From assembly GCA_031360105.1 (NCBI GenBank), contig JANMBA010000157.1, positions 1-38,971 of the forward strand: a stretch of 38,971 bases of DNA, given 5' to 3'. Below the pieces are notes generated by a model. It was not told where the DNA came from and searched no databases. It saw only the letters and a list, made by a program, of their open reading frames with translations. The position numbers were made by a program, and so were the translations under genes. Below, piece after piece: positions 24,979 to 33,796 of this stretch. This DNA is from Novosphingobium sp. (GTDB taxonomy: Bacteria; Pseudomonadota; Alphaproteobacteria; Sphingomonadales; Sphingomonadaceae). Numbering within the stretch: position 1 is the stretch's first letter; the number at the start of each line of letters is the position of its first letter.

Positions 24979-26925
24979 GTGCGTTGCGTTTTGAAACTTG
25001 GGGTCGCCGCTTGCGGCGCAGCGGTGTTGCTGCCGCATCAGGCCGGCGCACAACGCGCCGCCGACAATGTAACCACCCAGTCAAGCGATGCTTTCGGGCG
25101 CGCGGTCGGTAACGAGAAAAGCGGGCTTTACACCACCGATGACGTGCGCGGATTCAACCCGGTCGATGCCGGGAACGTGCGGCTTGAAGGGCTCTTTTTT
25201 GACCAGGTGGACCGGGTCTCACCCCGGCTGGTCGATGGCAGCACTATCCGCGTCGGCCCGGCCTCGCAGCGCTATCCCTTCCCTGCGCCTACCGGGCTGG
25301 TCGATTTTTCGCTGACGCAGCCGCACGCCAAAACCAGCTACAGCTTCAACCTTGATACTGGTTCAAGCAGCGTCACCGGGATCGGCGGCTCGTTTGAATT
25401 CAAGCAGCCGCTGGCGGGCGAGCGGCTGGGGCTGTCGGGCGGGGGCGGCTTTCGCGATCTGCACCGCACCGAAGGCGGCACCGGCCAGGTCCGCACTTTT
25501 GGCGGGACGCTGGCATGGCGCCCATCTCCGGGCGCCGAGCTGCTGTTGTTTGGCGGCGATTTCCGCTTTCGCAGCGACGAGGCCCGGCCAACCTTGTTTT
25601 TGACCGGCACCGCCGGGCCGCCCCGGTTGCAGCGCGGCGAGGATCTGAGCCAAGCCTGGACCGGGCGCAATGCCGATACGTGGCTGTGGGGCGCGATCGG
25701 CAAACTGCCGCTGGGCGCGGGGCTGCGGATCGAGACCGGGCTGTTCTACACCCGGCGCGACCAGCATACCGGCTTTGCCGATTTGTACACCGGGGTCTTG
25801 GCCAGTGGTGCCGCCAGCGGCCACCGGATCGTGGCTGATGCGGGATCGTTCGATGCCTCGCTATCGGGCGAAACCCGGCTGCTGCGGCAGTGGCACGGCG
25901 GCGGGGTCAGCCAGCAGCTGACGCTCAGTTTGCGCGGACGGCACAAGGTGCGCCGGTTTGGCGGGACCGCAACATTCCAGTTCGGCCCAGCCAGCCTGCT
26001 TGCCCCGACCGTCCTGCCCGAACCGGCTTACACCATCGGAACCAAGAACCGCGACCGGGTCGATCAGCTGACTTACGGTCTGGCCTGGAGCCTGGTTTCA
26101 GCGCGCGGCTTCACGCTTGATGCGGGGCTATCGCGGACCAGCTATACCAAGGCGATCGATTTCGCTGATCCGTTGCTCGCCGATCCGCTGACCCGCGACC
26201 GGCCGATCACCTGGAACCTGTCGGGTTCGCTCTCGCTGACAGCGGGGCTAAGCGTCTATGCCGGGGCTTCGCAGGGGCTTGAGGAAGCGCTGATCGCGCC
26301 CGATGTCGCGATCAACCGATCAGAGGCCCCGCCCGCGATCCACACCCGCCAGCTGGAAGGCGGGGTCAAACTGGCGCTTACCCCGCATATGACGCTGATT
26401 GCAGGCGCGTTCAGCATCACCAAGCCGTACTACAATCTCGACGCTACGCTGCGCTATCGCCAGCTCGGCACGCTGAACAATCGCGGGATCGAATTGTCGC
26501 TGACCGGGCAACTGCTGCCGGGGCTGAACGTGGTCGGTGGGTTGCTGCTGCTTGATCCCCGGATTTCGGGTGAAGCAGTCACCAGCGGCCAGATCGGGTC
26601 ACGGCCGGTCGGCCAGATCCGCCATCACGGCGTGCTCAATTTCGATTGGCGGCCCCATGCCGGAAAAAGCGCGGTGTCGTTCGATCTCGCGGTGGAAAAC
26701 GTCTCAAGCCGGACTGGCAACAGCGCCAACACGTTGTCCGCCGCGCCGCGCAGTGTGCTAAATCTGGGCGCGCGCTACCGCTTTCACATGGGTCCGGGCA
26801 CCTTTCTGCTGCGGCCTTTGGTGCAGAACGTGTTCAACACTTACGGCTGGCAAGTTTCGACCAGTGGCGGCTGGACTTACACCGCCCCACGCGTGTTGAC
26901 GGTGCAGATAGTCGCTGATCTTTAA
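24979..26925 (+). CDS. TonB-dependent receptor (start uncertain, 24961-24991)
   Basis: Signal peptide ending AGA-Q; plug-like VRGFNP..GNVRLEGL; alternating beta strands; QLEGGVK, NRGIELS, NLGARYRF, VQNVFN, PR near the C-terminus. Confidence 0.85.
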   Translation: MRCVLKLGVAACGAAVLLPHQAGAQRAADNVTTQSSDAFGRAVGNEKSGLYTTDDVRGFNPVDAGNVRLEGLFFDQVDRVSPRLVDGSTIRVGPASQRYPFPAPTGLVDFSLTQPHAKTSYSFNLDTGSSSVTGIGGSFEFKQPLAGERLGLSGGGGFRDLHRTEGGTGQVRTFGGTLAWRPSPGAELLLFGGDFRFRSDEARPTLFLTGTAGPPRLQRGEDLSQAWTGRNADTWLWGAIGKLPLGAGLRIETGLFYTRRDQHTGFADLYTGVLASGAASGHRIVADAGSFDASLSGETRLLRQWHGGGVSQQLTLSLRGRHKVRRFGGTATFQFGPASLLAPTVLPEPAYTIGTKNRDRVDQLTYGLAWSLVSARGFTLDAGLSRTSYTKAIDFADPLLADPLTRDRPITWNLSGSLSLTAGLSVYAGASQGLEEALIAPDVAINRSEAPPAIHTRQLEGGVKLALTPHMTLIAGAFSITKPYYNLDATLRYRQLGTLNNRGIELSLTGQLLPGLNVVGGLLLLDPRISGEAVTSGQIGSRPVGQIRHHGVLNFDWRPHAGKSAVSFDLAVENVSSRTGNSANTLSAAPRSVLNLGARYRFHMGPGTFLLRPLVQNVFNTYGWQVSTSGGWTYTAPRVLTVQIVADL

Positions 26926-27032
26926 GCCTTGGGGGTTGGATTTGCGGCGCGGGGATTGAATTGCACGCGCCAAAGGGGATGCAATTACCGCGCGGTTCGG
27001 CTAAGCGGGACGCGGCCACTTAAGGAACACCA

Positions 27033-27278
27033 ATGCAGCCTGCGCGAATTTTCACCGATCATCCGGCCAGCGTCGGCGAAAGCTATGGCGAGCATCTGGT
27101 GACGGCGTCGGGTTTTGGGCTGCGGATGATCGTGGCGGGCGGCGCTTGCATGGTCCACGCATTGCTGCCGTTCCTGTTCGTCAAAACGGGCAGCGCCCAG
27201 ATCACGGTGCTGCATGAGCGGATGGTCGCCAATCGGCGGCACAATCCGATTACTGGCGCGTTCGATTTCGTGATCTAA
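27033..27278 (+). CDS. Small protein, DUF6356-like
   Basis: FTDHPASVGESYGEH...ACMVHALLPFLF; AAGGA RBS. Confidence 0.8.
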   Translation: MQPARIFTDHPASVGESYGEHLVTASGFGLRMIVAGGACMVHALLPFLFVKTGSAQITVLHERMVANRRHNPITGAFDFVI

Positions 27279-28411
27279 AGCAGCAGGTACGCAAACCCCA
27301 GCGCGCAGGCGAAGCTGACCAGCGTTGCGGAGACAACTGGCACCGCCGCGCGCCAGCCCATCCCCAGCAGCAAGTCCATCCGGCTGCGCATCGCGGTCGC
27401 AGTCACCGCCAATAGCAGCAGCGATTTCGACGCAATCAGTCCGTACTGCAGCACCGGCTGCGGCAGGGAGATCAGGCTGTTGACCATGACCACCGCCAGA
27501 AACGCCAGAATGAACCACGGCAGCGCCAGCCGCCGCCACAACGGCTGTCCCGCCGCATCGCCCGCCGGACCAATCGCCAGGCTGGTCAACGCCACCAGCG
27601 GGGCAAGGCTGGCGACCCGTGCGAGCTTGACGATAGTGGCATAATTACCGGCCGGATCAGAGAACGCATAGCCCCCGCCGATCGCCTGCGCGACATCGTG
27701 GATCGACGCGCCGATCAGGAACCCGGCTTGCCCGTCGCTCAGCCCCAGCTCGCCTGCAATCGCGGGATAGACCGACATGGCAAAGGCGCTGGCGAGCGAC
27801 ACGCCGACCAGCGTGAGCGCGAACTGCGCCTGGCTCAGCCGGTCTTTGCCGATCACGCCGTACAGCGCGAGCGCCGCGCTGGCGCCGCAGATCGCGGTTG
27901 CGCCGCCCGCCAGAATCCCGGCGAACCGCGATTGCCCGCTGAGCTTTGCGCCGAGCAATCCGGCGGCAAAGGTCATCGCCATGACCACCCCCAGCGCGGC
28001 GAACGGCGCGGCTCCCAACGCGCTGATTTGTGCCCAGGTCACTTGCAGGCCCAGCACCACGATCCCCCAGCGCAGGCACGTGCGCGAGGCAAAATCGAGC
28101 CCGGCGTGGTTCTTGACGTCATGCGAAATGAAATTGAGCGCGAGCCCGACCAGCAGCCCGAGCAGGATTAGCGGGAAGCCGTAATGTTCGGACAGCCACG
28201 CGGCCGCAGCAGCCGCGACCCCGCACAGCGCGAGCCCCGGAAATAGCAGCGCGCGTGTGCTCGGCGGGCGCTGATCGGCCTCGCTCGCGGCCAGCTGCAG
28301 CTCGCCAAACAGGTCGCCGCCATAGGGCAGGCTGTCCCAATCGACCTTGCCTGCTCCCGCTGATCTTGCCTGTTCGATCACCTGCAATGCCCCATGTGTT
28401 GCAAACGTCAC
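27275..28411 (-). CDS. YeiH / putative sulfate exporter family transporter
   Basis: LRWGIVVLG, GGATAICGASAA, GASIHDVAQA, ATIVKLARV, LPWFI. Start is uncertain. Confidence 0.9.
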   Translation of the reverse strand: MTFATHGALQVIEQARSAGAGKVDWDSLPYGGDLFGELQLAASEADQRPPSTRALLFPGLALCGVAAAAAAWLSEHYGFPLILLGLLVGLALNFISHDVKNHAGLDFASRTCLRWGIVVLGLQVTWAQISALGAAPFAALGVVMAMTFAAGLLGAKLSGQSRFAGILAGGATAICGASAALALYGVIGKDRLSQAQFALTLVGVSLASAFAMSVYPAIAGELGLSDGQAGFLIGASIHDVAQAIGGGYAFSDPAGNYATIVKLARVASLAPLVALTSLAIGPAGDAAGQPLWRRLALPWFILAFLAVVMVNSLISLPQPVLQYGLIASKSLLLLAVTATAMRSRMDLLLGMGWRAAVPVVSATLVSFACALGFAYLLL

Positions 28412-28412
28412 C

Positions 28413-28433
28413 CCCCTCCCCAGCGGGGAGGGG
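28413..28433. repeat. GC hairpin CCCCTCCCC-AGC-GGGGAGGGG (REP-like)
   Basis: Perfect 9-bp stem between the ADH stop and the yeiH start; only a weak T-run follows, on the + strand. Confidence 0.5.
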
Positions 28434-28478
28434 CTTTCAGCGCAGCCATAGTGCGCGGCAAGCGCAAGGCAAGGGGCG

Positions 28479-30596
28479 CTACTTGTCCCCCAGCGCCTTG
28501 TCCTCGTTGGCGCGCTTGATCACGAAGTGTCTGATCGCCTCGATCTGATCGGGCGAGAACTGATCCTTCCACGCAACCATCCCGTTCTGGCTGAGCAGCC
28601 CGTCGTGGACGATCTGCTGCCACAGCTTGGGATTGCCGAGCGCGGCCGAGTGCCGCAGATCGGGGTTAAGCGAGCCCGCCACCGCCGCGTTGCCGTGGCA
28701 GACCGAGCAGCTGTTGGCGAAAAGCTTGTTGCCCAGCGCAACCTGTTCGGGCTTGCCGGTGAAGGGGGGCGGATCGAGCACGCGGTCCGAGCTGGCCGGC
28801 AGCGGTGCCAATTGCCCCTTGGCGTTCAGTTTGAACACCAGCAGGCGGCTGATGTTGGGGGTCATCTTGCTGGTCAGCTTGCCCGCCGAAACGTCCCATA
28901 CCCCGCCCCAGCCGGCCAACACCGCGACATATTGCTCGCCGTCGATGGTGTAAGTCATCGGTGCGGCAAGGATGCCGGTCTGCGCGGGGAAACTCCACAA
29001 TTTCTTGCCCGTATCGGCGGCATAAGCCAGGAATTCGCCTTGCGCGGTGCCTTGGAACAGCAGGTTGCCGGCGGTGGTCAGGATGCCGCCGTTGGTCGGG
29101 CTCGAATAGGGCACCTTCCAGCGCTCGGTCCCGGTCACCGGATCGAACGCCACCAGCGCCCCGGTCAGCGCCGCCATGGTTCCCGCGCGCACCGCCTTGT
29201 CAGCAGGAATGACCCCGCCGCTCACGTCGAGGCCCAGCTGAAATCCGGTCTTGCCCGGTTTCCAGTCCGGATCGGCGGCATAATACTGCGGGGTATTGTT
29301 GACCGGAATATAGACAAGGCCGGTCTTTGCGCTGAGGCTCATCGGGGTCCAGCTGTGCGCGCCGATCGCGCCGGGGAAGCCGAGGAACGGCTTGCCGGTT
29401 ACCTCATAGCGGGCTTCAGGATTGATCTTGGGCGCGCCAGTGACCGGATCGAGCCCGCTGGCCCAATTGATCCCCTGGACGAACGGCTTGCCCGAGAGGA
29501 ACTTCCCGGTCTTGGCGTCCAGCGTGTAGAAAAAGCCGTTCTTGGGCGCGTGCATGACGACATGCTGCTTCGCGCCGTTCAGATCGAGATCGGCGACCAC
29601 GATCTGCTGGTTCGAATCGAAGTCCCAGCGGTCTTCGGGGGTCTCCTGAAAGTGCCAGGCGTATTCGCCGGTATCGGCATTCACCGCGACGATTGATGCG
29701 GTATAGAGACTGTCACCCGCTGGCGCACCCGCCACTGGAGAGCCGCGCTTGGCGGGGTTCCACGGCTCGGCATTGGCGGTGCCGAAGTAGATCAGGTTGG
29801 TGGCGGGATCATAGGTAATCCCGTCCCACACATTGCCGCCGCCGCCGGTCTTCCACGCATCCTTGTTCCAGGTTTTGGCTGCCGCCTCCAGGTGCTTGCC
29901 CTCGGCTGGCTTTGACGGGTCGCCGGGCACGGTAAAGAACTTCCACTTTTCGGCCCCGGTCTGCGGATCGTAAGCGGCGAGGTATCCGCGCGAAAAGTAT
30001 TCCGACCCGGCCGAGCCCAGCAGCACCATGCCCTTGGCAATCCGCGGCGCGCCGGTGATCGCCTGATGCGAGCCTTCGGGGATGACCAATTTGTCGAACA
30101 CGACTTTGCCGGTGGCCTGCTCAAGCGCCACCAATCGCCCATCCAGCGTGCCGACGTAAACCTTGTCGCCATACAGCGCGACCCCGCGGTTGACCGCATC
30201 GCAGCACACATCGACCAACTTGGCGCGCGGCACCTTGGGATCGTATGACCATTTCAGCGCGCCGGTTTTGGCATCGTAGGCCTTGACCATCGACCAGGCG
30301 GTGGAAACGTACAGCACCCCGTCGTGCATCAGCGGCGTGGCTTCCTGCCCGCGTGCTGTATCGAGGTCAGCCGACCAGGCAAGGCCCAGCTTGCTGACGT
30401 TCTGGTCCGAAATCGCCTTCAGCGGCGAATAGCGCGTTTCGTTATGATCGCCCGCCACGGTCAGCCATTCGCCAGCCGGCGGCGCGGCCAGCATCGCATC
30501 GGTAACACCTTGGGCCGCCGGGGCCGAAACCTGTTTCCCACAAGCCGCCAGCGCGATCAGCGCGGTGAGCGTCAAAACCTTGAAGCGCATCCTCAT
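28479..30596 (-). CDS. PQQ- and heme c-containing (type II quinohemoprotein) alcohol dehydrogenase, predicted lipoprotein
   Basis: GQEATPL, vicinal CC (VCCDAVNRG), Trp-docking repeats, WDFDSNQ, HAPKNGFFY, C-terminal CSVCH heme site; lipobox LAAC. Start 30596 or 30590. Confidence 0.93.
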   Translation of the reverse strand: MRMRFKVLTLTALIALAACGKQVSAPAAQGVTDAMLAAPPAGEWLTVAGDHNETRYSPLKAISDQNVSKLGLAWSADLDTARGQEATPLMHDGVLYVSTAWSMVKAYDAKTGALKWSYDPKVPRAKLVDVCCDAVNRGVALYGDKVYVGTLDGRLVALEQATGKVVFDKLVIPEGSHQAITGAPRIAKGMVLLGSAGSEYFSRGYLAAYDPQTGAEKWKFFTVPGDPSKPAEGKHLEAAAKTWNKDAWKTGGGGNVWDGITYDPATNLIYFGTANAEPWNPAKRGSPVAGAPAGDSLYTASIVAVNADTGEYAWHFQETPEDRWDFDSNQQIVVADLDLNGAKQHVVMHAPKNGFFYTLDAKTGKFLSGKPFVQGINWASGLDPVTGAPKINPEARYEVTGKPFLGFPGAIGAHSWTPMSLSAKTGLVYIPVNNTPQYYAADPDWKPGKTGFQLGLDVSGGVIPADKAVRAGTMAALTGALVAFDPVTGTERWKVPYSSPTNGGILTTAGNLLFQGTAQGEFLAYAADTGKKLWSFPAQTGILAAPMTYTIDGEQYVAVLAGWGGVWDVSAGKLTSKMTPNISRLLVFKLNAKGQLAPLPASSDRVLDPPPFTGKPEQVALGNKLFANSCSVCHGNAAVAGSLNPDLRHSAALGNPKLWQQIVHDGLLSQNGMVAWKDQFSPDQIEAIRHFVIKRANEDKALGDK

Positions 30597-30670
30597 TCTC
30601 TCCAGCCGCAAGCCCGCGTTATGGCAGGTCTGAAATGCATCTTGCCTTGAGCTGAGCCGGGAATCCAGCG

Positions 30671-30688
30671 TTTAATTGCGCGATTAAA
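30671..30688. promoter_or_regulatory. AT-rich palindrome in the ADH/DLH divergent promoter
   Basis: TTTAATTGCGCGATTAAA, one mismatched pair. Confidence 0.4.
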
Positions 30689-30760
30689 ACCCGCGGATAA
30701 AATCCGGTCTAGACCTGCGTCAAAGCGGCGTTATTCTTCGCCGCAAAGGAGCACCTTCGC

Positions 30761-31636
30761 ATGTGTGATGACCTGACCGTTCACGAAGAAGACGCCGCGC
30801 TGGCCGCCAGTGGGCTTAATCGCCGCCAGTTTGCTGTGCTCAGCGCCGCTGGGGTGCTGGCAGCTTGTGCCGGGAGCGAGAGCGAGGCCAAGGCGCGCGC
30901 TGGACTGAACGAGAGCAACGTCTCGATCACTACGCCCGATGGCACTGCTGACGCGTTTTTTGTGCGTCCGGCCAAGGGCAAGCACCCGGCGGTGATCATG
31001 TGGCCCGATGTGGCCGGACTGCGCCCCGCGTATCTGGAGATGGGGCGGCAGCTGGCCAGCGCGGGATATGCGGTGCTGGTGGTCAATCACTATTACCGTT
31101 CGGCCAAAGCGCCGATTCTGGCCTCGATGGCCGAGTGGCGCACGCCCGAGGGGCAGGCCAAGCTGAAACCGATGATCGCTGCGATTACGCCGCCAGGGGT
31201 GACCAGCGATACGATGGCGTTCGCCGCCTGGCTGGACCGGCAAGTCAGCGTCGATAAGGCGCGCGGGATCGGGACGATCGGTTATTGCATGACCGGGCCA
31301 TTTACCGTGCGCGCGGCGGCAGCGGTGCCGCGGCGGATCAAGGCGGCGGTATCGTGCCACGGCGGCGGGCTGGTGACGGCTGCGCCCGATAGTCCGCACA
31401 AGCTGATCGCCAGCACTTCAGCGAGCTATCTGTTCGCGATTGCGCGCAACGACGACGCCCGCGCGCCGGGTGATAAGGATGCGCTGCGGGCAGCGGCCAA
31501 GGCAGCGGGGCGTCCCGCCGAGGTGGAGGTCTATAACGCCGATCACGGCTGGTGCACGCTCGATGCGCCGACTTATGACAAAGCCGAGGCTGCTCGGACT
31601 TGGGCACGGGCGCTGGCGCTGTTTAAGGCGCTTTAG
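30761..31636 (+). CDS. Dienelactone hydrolase family protein with twin-arginine-like leader
   Basis: WPDVAGLRP, GYCMTG nucleophile elbow, HGWC; leader LNRRQFAVLSAAGVLAAC; AAGGAG RBS. Confidence 0.9.
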   Translation: MCDDLTVHEEDAALAASGLNRRQFAVLSAAGVLAACAGSESEAKARAGLNESNVSITTPDGTADAFFVRPAKGKHPAVIMWPDVAGLRPAYLEMGRQLASAGYAVLVVNHYYRSAKAPILASMAEWRTPEGQAKLKPMIAAITPPGVTSDTMAFAAWLDRQVSVDKARGIGTIGYCMTGPFTVRAAAAVPRRIKAAVSCHGGGLVTAAPDSPHKLIASTSASYLFAIARNDDARAPGDKDALRAAAKAAGRPAEVEVYNADHGWCTLDAPTYDKAEAARTWARALALFKAL

Positions 31637-31642
31637 AGAGCG

Positions 31643-32125
31643 TTATCCCTCGCTGCGGGCGTTCGATGCGGTTTTCGGGTTCACTAGGATCACCACTTCG
31701 TCGTAAACCGCCAGCAAGTGATTGTCGTACCACTGATCGAGCACGCATTTGACCTGACCGAAAAATACCGGAACTTCCTCAAGGATGTAATGGCCTTTGT
31801 ATGCGGCTCCGGCGGCTTCGGGATAGGTTGGCGGGCGGTCGATATCGAGCGCTTGGCCTTTGAGGTATGAAGCGATCTCGTCGATGTGCTGGCGCATGGC
31901 CATCCGCCGCGAATCGCCGCTGCCGCCACCGCTGCGGGCCAGGCCCAGTTCTTCCTTGGCCTTGTCGAGCAAGGCGGTCAGATACAGGTAAACGCGGTCC
32001 ATATTCTCGCGCTTGAGCGCGATCATGGTGTCGACATAGTCTTTCTGGACGCGCAGCGCGGCGGTTTCGGGATGTTCCGTCCCCCAGAAGCCTTGCGAGA
32101 ACTCTTTTTGATTTGGCTGGATCAT
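31643..32125 (-). CDS. Hypothetical protein (160 aa)
   Basis: Fills the gap between DLH and SPFH; non-repetitive, protein-like composition; start set to ATG at 32125 (MIQPNQKEF). No motif recognised. Confidence 0.65.
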   Translation of the reverse strand: MIQPNQKEFSQGFWGTEHPETAALRVQKDYVDTMIALKRENMDRVYLYLTALLDKAKEELGLARSGGGSGDSRRMAMRQHIDEIASYLKGQALDIDRPPTYPEAAGAAYKGHYILEEVPVFFGQVKCVLDQWYDNHLLAVYDEVVILVNPKTASNARSEG

Positions 32126-32267
32126 GGGCTCAGGTTTAGCCCGATATGGTTTCCGGCTGGTTAAGCAACGGCGCAGCCGCGATGGCGGCAGTCGCAACGG
32201 GTTTCGCTTGCTGCCTTGCGTCAAGCCGCTACCATTCCGCCGGTAAGTTCTGGAGGGGACCATTGCG

Positions 32268-33194
32268 ATGCCCGGTGTACTGATTGCCCTGGTTGGGCTG
32301 GTGTTTATTTTCTTGCTGATGGGCGTGCGCGTGGTGCGCCAAGGCTTTGTCTATACGATCGAACGGCTGGGCAAATTCACGCTGGCCGCGCAGCCCGGGC
32401 TGCACCTGATCATTCCGTTCGTTGACCGGGTTGGCAACAAGATCAACATGATGGAACAAGTGCTCGATATCCCCGGGCAGGAAATCATCACCCGCGACAA
32501 TGCGATGGTCGGGGTTGATGCGATCGTGTTCTTTCAAGTGCTCGATGCCGGCAAGGCGGCCTATGAGGTATCGAACCTGTATGTGGCGATCATGCAGCTG
32601 ACGACGACTAACTTGCGGACCGTGATGGGCTCGATGGACCTTGATGAAACGCTGTCAAAGCGCGATTCGATCAACGCCCGGCTGCTGACCGTGGTCGATC
32701 TGGCAACCGAACCGTGGGGGGTCAAAATCACCCGGGTTGAGGTCAAGGACATCCGCCCGCCGGCCGATATCGTCAACGCGATGGGCCGCCAGATGAAGGC
32801 GGAACGCGAAAAGCGTGCCAATATCCTTGATGCCGAAGGACTGCGTGCGGCTGAAATCCTGCGCGCCGAGGGCGAAAAGCAGGCCAATATCCTGTCCGCC
32901 GAGGGCAAGAAGGAAGCCGCCTTCCGCGCCGCCGAAGCGCGCGAGCGGTCGGCTGAGGCGGAGGCCAAAGCGACCCAGATGGTCTCCGATGCGATTGCCA
33001 AATCGGGGACGCAGGCGCTTAACTACTTCATCGCGCAGAAATATACCGAAGCGGTCAGCCTGTTCGCGACCTCGCCCAATGCCAAGACCATCCTGTTCCC
33101 GGTTGAATCGACGCAACTGATTGGCTCGCTCGGCGGGATCGGTGAACTGGTCAGGGATGCGCTGAGCGACCGTGGCGGCGGGGCCAAGCCGTGA
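32268..33194 (+). CDS. SPFH/stomatin-like protein (QmcA/YbbK type)
   Basis: ERLGKF, QEIITRDNA, TNLRTVMGSMDLDETLSKRD, WGVKITRVE, QMKAEREKRA. Confidence 0.93.
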   Translation: MPGVLIALVGLVFIFLLMGVRVVRQGFVYTIERLGKFTLAAQPGLHLIIPFVDRVGNKINMMEQVLDIPGQEIITRDNAMVGVDAIVFFQVLDAGKAAYEVSNLYVAIMQLTTTNLRTVMGSMDLDETLSKRDSINARLLTVVDLATEPWGVKITRVEVKDIRPPADIVNAMGRQMKAEREKRANILDAEGLRAAEILRAEGEKQANILSAEGKKEAAFRAAEARERSAEAEAKATQMVSDAIAKSGTQALNYFIAQKYTEAVSLFATSPNAKTILFPVESTQLIGSLGGIGELVRDALSDRGGGAKP

Positions 33195-33640
33195 CGCTAT
33201 TGGGGATCGAGCTTGATCCGCACTGGGCGTGGCTGGCGCTTGGGCTGGTGCTGGCAGTGGGCGAAATGACCATCCCCGGCGTCTTCCTGATCTGGATGGC
33301 CGGCGCGGCGGTGCTGACCGGGCTGGCCACCTGGGTGCTGCCGATCGCGGTTCCGCTGCAGGTGGTGCTGTTCGCGGTGCTATCGCTCGGTGCGGTGTTT
33401 ATCGGGCGCAATTGGCTGCGCGCCAATCCGATCGAAGGTGCCGATCCGCTGATGAACGATCGCGGCGCGCGGGCGATCGGCGAAACGGTGCTGGTCACCC
33501 AAGTGATCGCGGGCGGCGAGGGCCGGGTCAAGCTGGGTGACAGCGAGTGGATCGCCAAGGGCCCCGATGCCGAGCCGGGCACGCGGATGCGGGTGGCCGG
33601 GCACAACGGTGCGGTGCTGCTGGTCGAGTATCTGAACTAG
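33191..33640 (+). CDS. NfeD family protein (YbbJ type)
   Basis: Hydrophobic N-terminus (GEMTIPGVFLIW), then OB-fold GRVKLGDSEW; GTGA overlap with the SPFH gene. Confidence 0.9.
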   Translation: MTLLGIELDPHWAWLALGLVLAVGEMTIPGVFLIWMAGAAVLTGLATWVLPIAVPLQVVLFAVLSLGAVFIGRNWLRANPIEGADPLMNDRGARAIGETVLVTQVIAGGEGRVKLGDSEWIAKGPDAEPGTRMRVAGHNGAVLLVEYLN

Positions 33641-33796
33641 GGTCAGTGGTTCCGGCTGCGCGGTATTTTCCTTGCGATTCCGGCCTCGCGGTAAGTGCAC
33701 ACAATCTCCTCATTTCCCCCATTACGCCGCTGCGTATTTCCCTTATGATAAGTCTGCCGCGCGCGCCGTGCCCGGTGAGAGGATCGAACGAGCCCA

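Noticed and set aside
28413-28433. Intrinsic terminator for the ADH gene
   Set aside because: No U-tract on the minus strand; kept only as a REP-like hairpin.
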